A DNA stretch of 64,000 bases from Candidatus Melainabacteria bacterium 17Bon1m (GTDB taxonomy: Bacteria > Cyanobacteriota > Vampirovibrionia > Obscuribacterales > Obscuribacteraceae). Under the pieces are notes generated by a model. The model saw nothing but the letters and a program-made list of their open reading frames with translations. It had not been told where the DNA came from and ran no database searches. This document shows positions 59,434 through 64,000 of this stretch, in pieces (the first letter of the stretch is position 1; every line of letters starts with the position of its first letter). The translations under genes were made by a program, and so were the position numbers. The stretch is from contig JAVLKG010000008.1 in assembly GCA_032128875.1 (NCBI GenBank), positions 96,001-160,000 on the forward strand, written 5' to 3'.

Positions 59434-59700
59434 GAAACTATTGTTTTCCACTCTCTGCACTTAAGTTTTGCTGCTCTAAAACTCCTGAACGTCTAATACC
59501 CGTTCATCTCGATGTTTTTACTTCACCCCAGGAGTGAAGGGCGGCTGCTTGCGTGCTTGGTGAACAGTTCCGGAGATGCGAAATGGCTTCGTGTCTCTGT
59601 TCAATCACGCCCGAATTTCGCCTGGAAAGCGCGCTGCGCTCTCAGGCCGAAGGCGGGCGAATGTAACCACGGGAGATTCTCTCCCACTAGGAGTCTACGT

Positions 59701-60903
59701 ATGGAGAAACTGATTGGTTTACTAGGCATCGGACTGATTCTGGGTCTGGCCGTGCTGCTGTCCAACAACCGCCGCCACATCAACTGGCGTCTGGTTGTGA
59801 CCGGCATCGTCATCCAGGTCTTCTTTGCCTTCCTGATCCTGAAGGTGCCCTTCGTCAGGGGCATCTTCGACTCCCTCGGCAACGGCGTTCAGAACCTTCT
59901 GGATTCCGCCAAAGAGGGCGTCGCATTCGTGGCCGGCGATGAGCTTGCGAAGTCGAAGTTCATCTTCGCGCTCGTCATCGGCGGATCTATCGTTTTCGTG
60001 GGCGCGCTCACCAACCTGCTCTACCACTTCGGCATCTTGCAGAAGATCGTAAAGGGCCTCGGTTGGGCGCTGCGCAAGTCGATGCGCATCAGCGGTGCAG
60101 AAGCGCTGTCCGCCGGCGCCGAGGTCTTCCTCGGTCAGGTGGAATCGCAGCTGCTCATCTCGCGTTACATCAAGACGGTGACACAGTCCGAGCTCTTGGG
60201 CATCATGGCTTGCGCCATGGCGACCATCTCCGGCTCGGCGCTTGTCGCCTACGTCAGCCTCGGCATCGACCCGACTTACCTGCTCATGGCTTCGTTCATG
60301 ACTGCGCCCTCAGCGCTCGTCGTTGCGAAGATCATTGTGCCGGAGACGGACCCCAGCGCTCTCACGCGCGAAGTTGAGTTGGCCGACGAGCGTACCTCGG
60401 TGAACTTCATCGACGCGCTTGCCGACGGTGCTCAGCAGGGTGCCAAGGTCGCTGCCAACGTGATGGTGATGCTCGTCGCGTTCATCGCCGCGGTGGTGCT
60501 GTTCAACAAGGTGCTCGTTGGTCTGGGCTCGCCCTGGACGCTGCAGCAGATGGTCGGCTGGGCTTTCACGCCGGTCGCATACTTGCTCGGCATTCCCTGG
60601 GACGAAGCGGTCCGCGTCGGTCCGCTGCTCGGCACAAAGACCATCCTCAACGAGTTCATCGCTTACGTCGACCTCTCTGCCATGCAGAAGGGTGCCGAGG
60701 CGTTGTCGGCTCGCACGCTCATGATCACGACGGTCGCGCTCTGCGGCTTCGCGAATCTGGCGTCCATCGCCATCAACATCGGCGGGCTCACCGCGATGGC
60801 TCCCGAGCGCAAGAGCGACATCGCTCGCATGGGCTTCAAGGCACTGGTCGCAGCCACGCTGGCAAGCTGGCTGACGGCGGCGCTGGCTGGGTTGCTCATG
60901 TGA
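59701..60903 (+). CDS. nupC: CNT-family nucleoside transporter (NupC/NupG)
   Basis: LSNNRRHINWR, FLGQVE, MATISGS, KTILNEFIAY, LCGFAN. Confidence 0.93.
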   Translation: MEKLIGLLGIGLILGLAVLLSNNRRHINWRLVVTGIVIQVFFAFLILKVPFVRGIFDSLGNGVQNLLDSAKEGVAFVAGDELAKSKFIFALVIGGSIVFVGALTNLLYHFGILQKIVKGLGWALRKSMRISGAEALSAGAEVFLGQVESQLLISRYIKTVTQSELLGIMACAMATISGSALVAYVSLGIDPTYLLMASFMTAPSALVVAKIIVPETDPSALTREVELADERTSVNFIDALADGAQQGAKVAANVMVMLVAFIAAVVLFNKVLVGLGSPWTLQQMVGWAFTPVAYLLGIPWDEAVRVGPLLGTKTILNEFIAYVDLSAMQKGAEALSARTLMITTVALCGFANLASIAINIGGLTAMAPERKSDIARMGFKALVAATLASWLTAALAGLLM

Positions 60904-61117
60904 GTCTAACCACGACTGACGGCAGAGAACGACCAACTGGTCTGCAGTAACGTGCGGACTCGATTGCTCGCTCTCGAAAACGCGGAGCCGGGTGTTTCCA
61001 CTGCTGGAGGCATCCGGCTCTGCGCGCCGTCGCGGTCACTTTCTGTGTTCCGTTTCCCGCGTTGGCATGCGGTCCAAATCCGCAGCCAGCGTTAAACCTC
61101 AACCTGAGGGCCTCAAT

Positions 61118-61729
61118 ATGATCTGTTATTCGATCATCGCAAAGCGAGGAATCATCACGACCCACGCGTCGATGCATGGTCCCTACGCTGTGGAAGTCGT
61201 CTTCGACGCCTATCCAAAACCTCAGCTGGGCATCGTCGCCCAGCTCGATGAAGACACGTATTACGTTCAGGTCGGCGACAAGCGCGTGCCGGTTTCGGCT
61301 GCGCTGGTAACGTCCGATGCGGTCGAGGCTGCCGACGACCGCGGCTTGCTGATGCGCATCACGCGCGCGGCAGTGCACATCAATCGCTCCGGCGACATGG
61401 AGCTGATTCCGGCGGATCCCGACGACCACAACGTCCTCCTGCTGATCGACGTCAGCAGCGGACAGTACGGCGCCGTCGCCTTCGACGTGCCCAACGGCTT
61501 CGCAGTCGTCGAGCGCGGACACCAGAACTACAAGACACTGCAAGGCGAAGAAGAGGTCATTCTCGTCTCGCTCAACCGCGGCGAAACTCTCACTGCCAAG
61601 CGCAGCGAGAAGAAGTACATCTGGTTCGGCAAGAGCGCCGTCGAAGAGACGCTCACCTTCTCGCTCGATCCCGATTTGCACTGCACTCGGCGACTGGCTT
61701 CCCAAGCTGGTTACGAGCGCGTGTTCTGA
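61118..61729 (+). CDS. Hypothetical beta-rich protein
   Basis: GAGGG RBS; GC3 bias. Confidence 0.75.
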   Translation: MICYSIIAKRGIITTHASMHGPYAVEVVFDAYPKPQLGIVAQLDEDTYYVQVGDKRVPVSAALVTSDAVEAADDRGLLMRITRAAVHINRSGDMELIPADPDDHNVLLLIDVSSGQYGAVAFDVPNGFAVVERGHQNYKTLQGEEEVILVSLNRGETLTAKRSEKKYIWFGKSAVEETLTFSLDPDLHCTRRLASQAGYERVF

Positions 61730-61853
61730 GTGGGCTGACTGAGAAGGAACGGAATTTGCCAGAGCGTCAACAAAAAAGCAGTGAGCGAAGCGCGGACAGT
61801 GAGGACTTCAACAAACGTTGGATAACCTCGCTGTCCGCCATTCCTCCTTCTTT

Positions 61854-61884
61854 CAAGACCGCGATTTCCGCCGGTCTTGTTTTT
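61854..61884 (+). terminator. Rho-independent terminator
   Basis: CAAGACC..GGTCTTG-TTTTT. Confidence 0.6.
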
Positions 61885-61960
61885 CTACACATTTCTACTC
61901 ACCAATATAGTACAAATTCTTCGAGCGAGCAAAACCGTGATGAACAGCCCAAATGCATGC

Positions 61961-62671
61961 CTACTTCTTCGGCGGCCAGTCTTTGTTCCACAAGATTGTT
62001 TTGGCAGCGAACTGAACAGTCTGTAAATTAGTTCTGAAATCGGGCTCTTGTGCAATAAACTCAATGCAAGCCGGCAGAGGTTCTCTAACTTTCGGATCAA
62101 TCGAGTCTGAGTTGTCGTAAATAAGTGCCCACCCTTTGAGCTCCTTCACATCAGTGTTGTCGAACGCAACTTCCTCTTTTGCATCTGCAATATATTCGCA
62201 CTCAATTACTTTGCGACCGTTCCAATCAATCAACTTTGCTGACGTAAGTGAAAGAACTCCGCTGTGGAGTGCCTGTGATATTAAAGCCTTAAGCACGGTA
62301 TCATCAAGGTTTGGCAAAGAACCTTTCTGATACAACACGCTCCTCATCAGCCTTCCCTCTTCAGGAATGCCTCTTCCTCCGGAACAATAGAAGCGCAGGA
62401 GCACTTTAGCATTGTCTTTCGGCGTATACAGATGCCCATGCTGCCCGGGCACAGCACCCAAGGCCTTCTGGCTTTCCTCCCAGCCACGGGGCAAGCTAAA
62501 CGAGATGACTGCGGGTATGGGATGCGGAATTTTCTGACACCAAATACGTTCATCCACAATCTTCACCTTGCTCTTTCCACTTGCGGCAATAAACTTTTCT
62601 GCTTGTTTGTAGACGCGCCTGTGAACAGTCTTCTGTTCAACGAGGTGGGCATCAGGATTATCAAAATTCAT
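61961..62671 (-). CDS. Hypothetical protein, possibly PsbP/DcrB-like fold
   Basis: ISFSLPRGWEE..IDWNGRKVI..IEFIA..TILW pattern; fold is inference. Confidence 0.65.
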   Translation of the reverse strand: MNFDNPDAHLVEQKTVHRRVYKQAEKFIAASGKSKVKIVDERIWCQKIPHPIPAVISFSLPRGWEESQKALGAVPGQHGHLYTPKDNAKVLLRFYCSGGRGIPEEGRLMRSVLYQKGSLPNLDDTVLKALISQALHSGVLSLTSAKLIDWNGRKVIECEYIADAKEEVAFDNTDVKELKGWALIYDNSDSIDPKVREPLPACIEFIAQEPDFRTNLQTVQFAAKTILWNKDWPPKK

Positions 62672-62687
62672 CGGTTATTTCCGTTTG

Positions 62688-64000
62688 CTACTTGTGATAC
62701 TTGTTGCAAAAATTGCGCATCCACTTTAGAAACTTGCTCGCATCCTTATCATCGGAATGATTCTGATACCACAGTTTGGCATAAGTATCATTTGGATGCG
62801 AATTCACCCAGTCTTTCATTGCAGTCTGAGGATGAGCCACTGAGTCCGCTGCTAGTTTGCCGAACCAATCGTTTTTGGCAAACGCGAAACCATTAGGCAA
62901 ATCAATCCATTTTTGAACGTTCGATATATCAGTCAAATAACTCGCATTTTGCTTTGTCCGAACGGAAGCAGCATTTGAAGCCAAGACTTCAACTGAAACA
63001 TTTTCCATATCTGATTTCTTAGACCAAGTGTTGTCCAATGAGCAGTGCGAGCCATCCTCGCTAATCGTTGGCAAATTAACGAAGTGAAAGCCGTGTCCCC
63101 AATCCTTTCTGCCATACGTGTTAAGCCACGATGTACACAACGGTTCCATGTCCGATTTGCAGCTAATTATCGGCGGCCACTGCCCCATGTCCTTTACAGC
63201 CAAAAGTTTGGCAGAGAGTTCGCTTCCGTTCCGAACTTTCACAAATGCAGTATTGGTTTCCTCAATCTCAATGGCAGCGTCATACTTGCGATCATAATTT
63301 CCATTGCTGGGAGTAAGCGGCCATCCTATTACTACAAAGCCTGCTTCTCTGACTCCGACAATTTTTGCGTTTATATCTCCAAGATGTTCAGCTTTCAGTT
63401 CGGGCAAATCTTCGCCTACCAATTCTGTTCTTTTTAACTCACCGGGATACTTGATGAAACAACTCTTCCCATAACCCTCGGTGTAGCTCGCACCCGGACT
63501 TGCATATTGCAAGCCTATGTTGACCGCAGCAACATCGAAAAGCTTTGATGCATAACCACGCAGAGCGCTGTTATCGCCTTTATAAGGCGGATGCTTGGCT
63601 GCCTCATCATCCGGCAAAAGCGTTGCTCCGCGCGGATTGGTCAACGCGGACAAATCTAGATTGCCATTTCGTCCCGGACAGATTCCGGTCTGAAAAACAC
63701 CTGCCACCAACTTTGATACCGCTGCAGGATCACGCCAATATTCCCGAACTTGCAATGCCTCTACCTGACACGTGATGCGATAACCTTGATCCACAGAGGT
63801 TGGCTCTGCACAATGATGCAATACTTCTTCTGCAAGACGTACGCGAAAAGAAGTATCTGACGGATTTAACTGTTTTCCCTTCAAAATAGAGTCTGGAAAA
63901 AGGGTTGACTCTTTCTCTAAGATTGCAGATACGTTGTTCATTGTTTCGGCTATCTCTTTCACGGCAGCATCAGGGTCTTTGGCTGTTCGTGTGAGATAGT
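62688..64000 (-). CDS. C-terminal part of a large protein with a papain-like Cys-His-Asn domain; 5' end outside the window
   Basis: Frame stays open to the right edge (YLTRTAKDPDAAVKEI..); VDQGYRITC, GFHFV, LDNTW. Confidence 0.7.
   Translation of the reverse strand, partial: YLTRTAKDPDAAVKEIAETMNNVSAILEKESTLFPDSILKGKQLNPSDTSFRVRLAEEVLHHCAEPTSVDQGYRITCQVEALQVREYWRDPAAVSKLVAGVFQTGICPGRNGNLDLSALTNPRGATLLPDDEAAKHPPYKGDNSALRGYASKLFDVAAVNIGLQYASPGASYTEGYGKSCFIKYPGELKRTELVGEDLPELKAEHLGDINAKIVGVREAGFVVIGWPLTPSNGNYDRKYDAAIEIEETNTAFVKVRNGSELSAKLLAVKDMGQWPPIISCKSDMEPLCTSWLNTYGRKDWGHGFHFVNLPTISEDGSHCSLDNTWSKKSDMENVSVEVLASNAASVRTKQNASYLTDISNVQKWIDLPNGFAFAKNDWFGKLAADSVAHPQTAMKDWVNSHPNDTYAKLWYQNHSDDKDASKFLKWMRNFCNKYHK

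Noticed and set aside
1-64000. tRNA, rRNA, tmRNA, transposase or reverse transcriptase genes
   Set aside because: No T-loop/cloverleaf, rRNA signatures or DDE/HUH/RT motifs found by eye; a tRNAscan/Rfam run is needed for certainty.

Overview
A 64 kb stretch of bacterial chromosome. The gene content (BtpA, DUF4388, kinesin-light-chain-type TPRs, 24-aa LRRs, archaeal/eukaryotic-type ProRS) suggests a non-photosynthetic cyanobacterial relative (Vampirovibrionia/Obscuribacterales-like); this is inference only. Recognisable genes: M4/M36-type pro-protease (partial, missed by the ORF track), HAD hydrolase, TruD, PDZ-less S41 protease, DUF1579, ADP-ribosylglycohydrolase, permuted NlpC/P60, 3-hydroxybutyrate dehydrogenase, patatin, TldD/PmbA, ProRS, BtpA, FtsH-RseP, intradiol dioxygenase, TPR and LRR proteins, two degenerate MoxR-like proteins, an EEP nuclease/phosphatase beside a T4-Rnl1-type RNA ligase, and a CNT (NupC) transporter. 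I found no tRNA, rRNA, CRISPR array, integrase or transposase. The most unusual signal is two interleaved gene classes. One is ordinary, with mixed codon usage. The other consists of GC3-rich operons, several of whose genes entirely avoid TTA/CTA/TCA. These operons follow predicted TTGnnn-N17/18-(T/C)AnnnT promoters and have 130-470 nt leaders/spacers that fold almost completely (GNRA/UNCG loops, G-U pairs on the sense strand). In many cases the fold is closed by a long-range stem that sequesters the downstream Shine-Dalgarno. Also noted: a candidate RNA repair operon, an array of paralogous orphan genes, GTAG-type REPs and a covarying palindrome pair. All folding was done by eye and needs computational confirmation.
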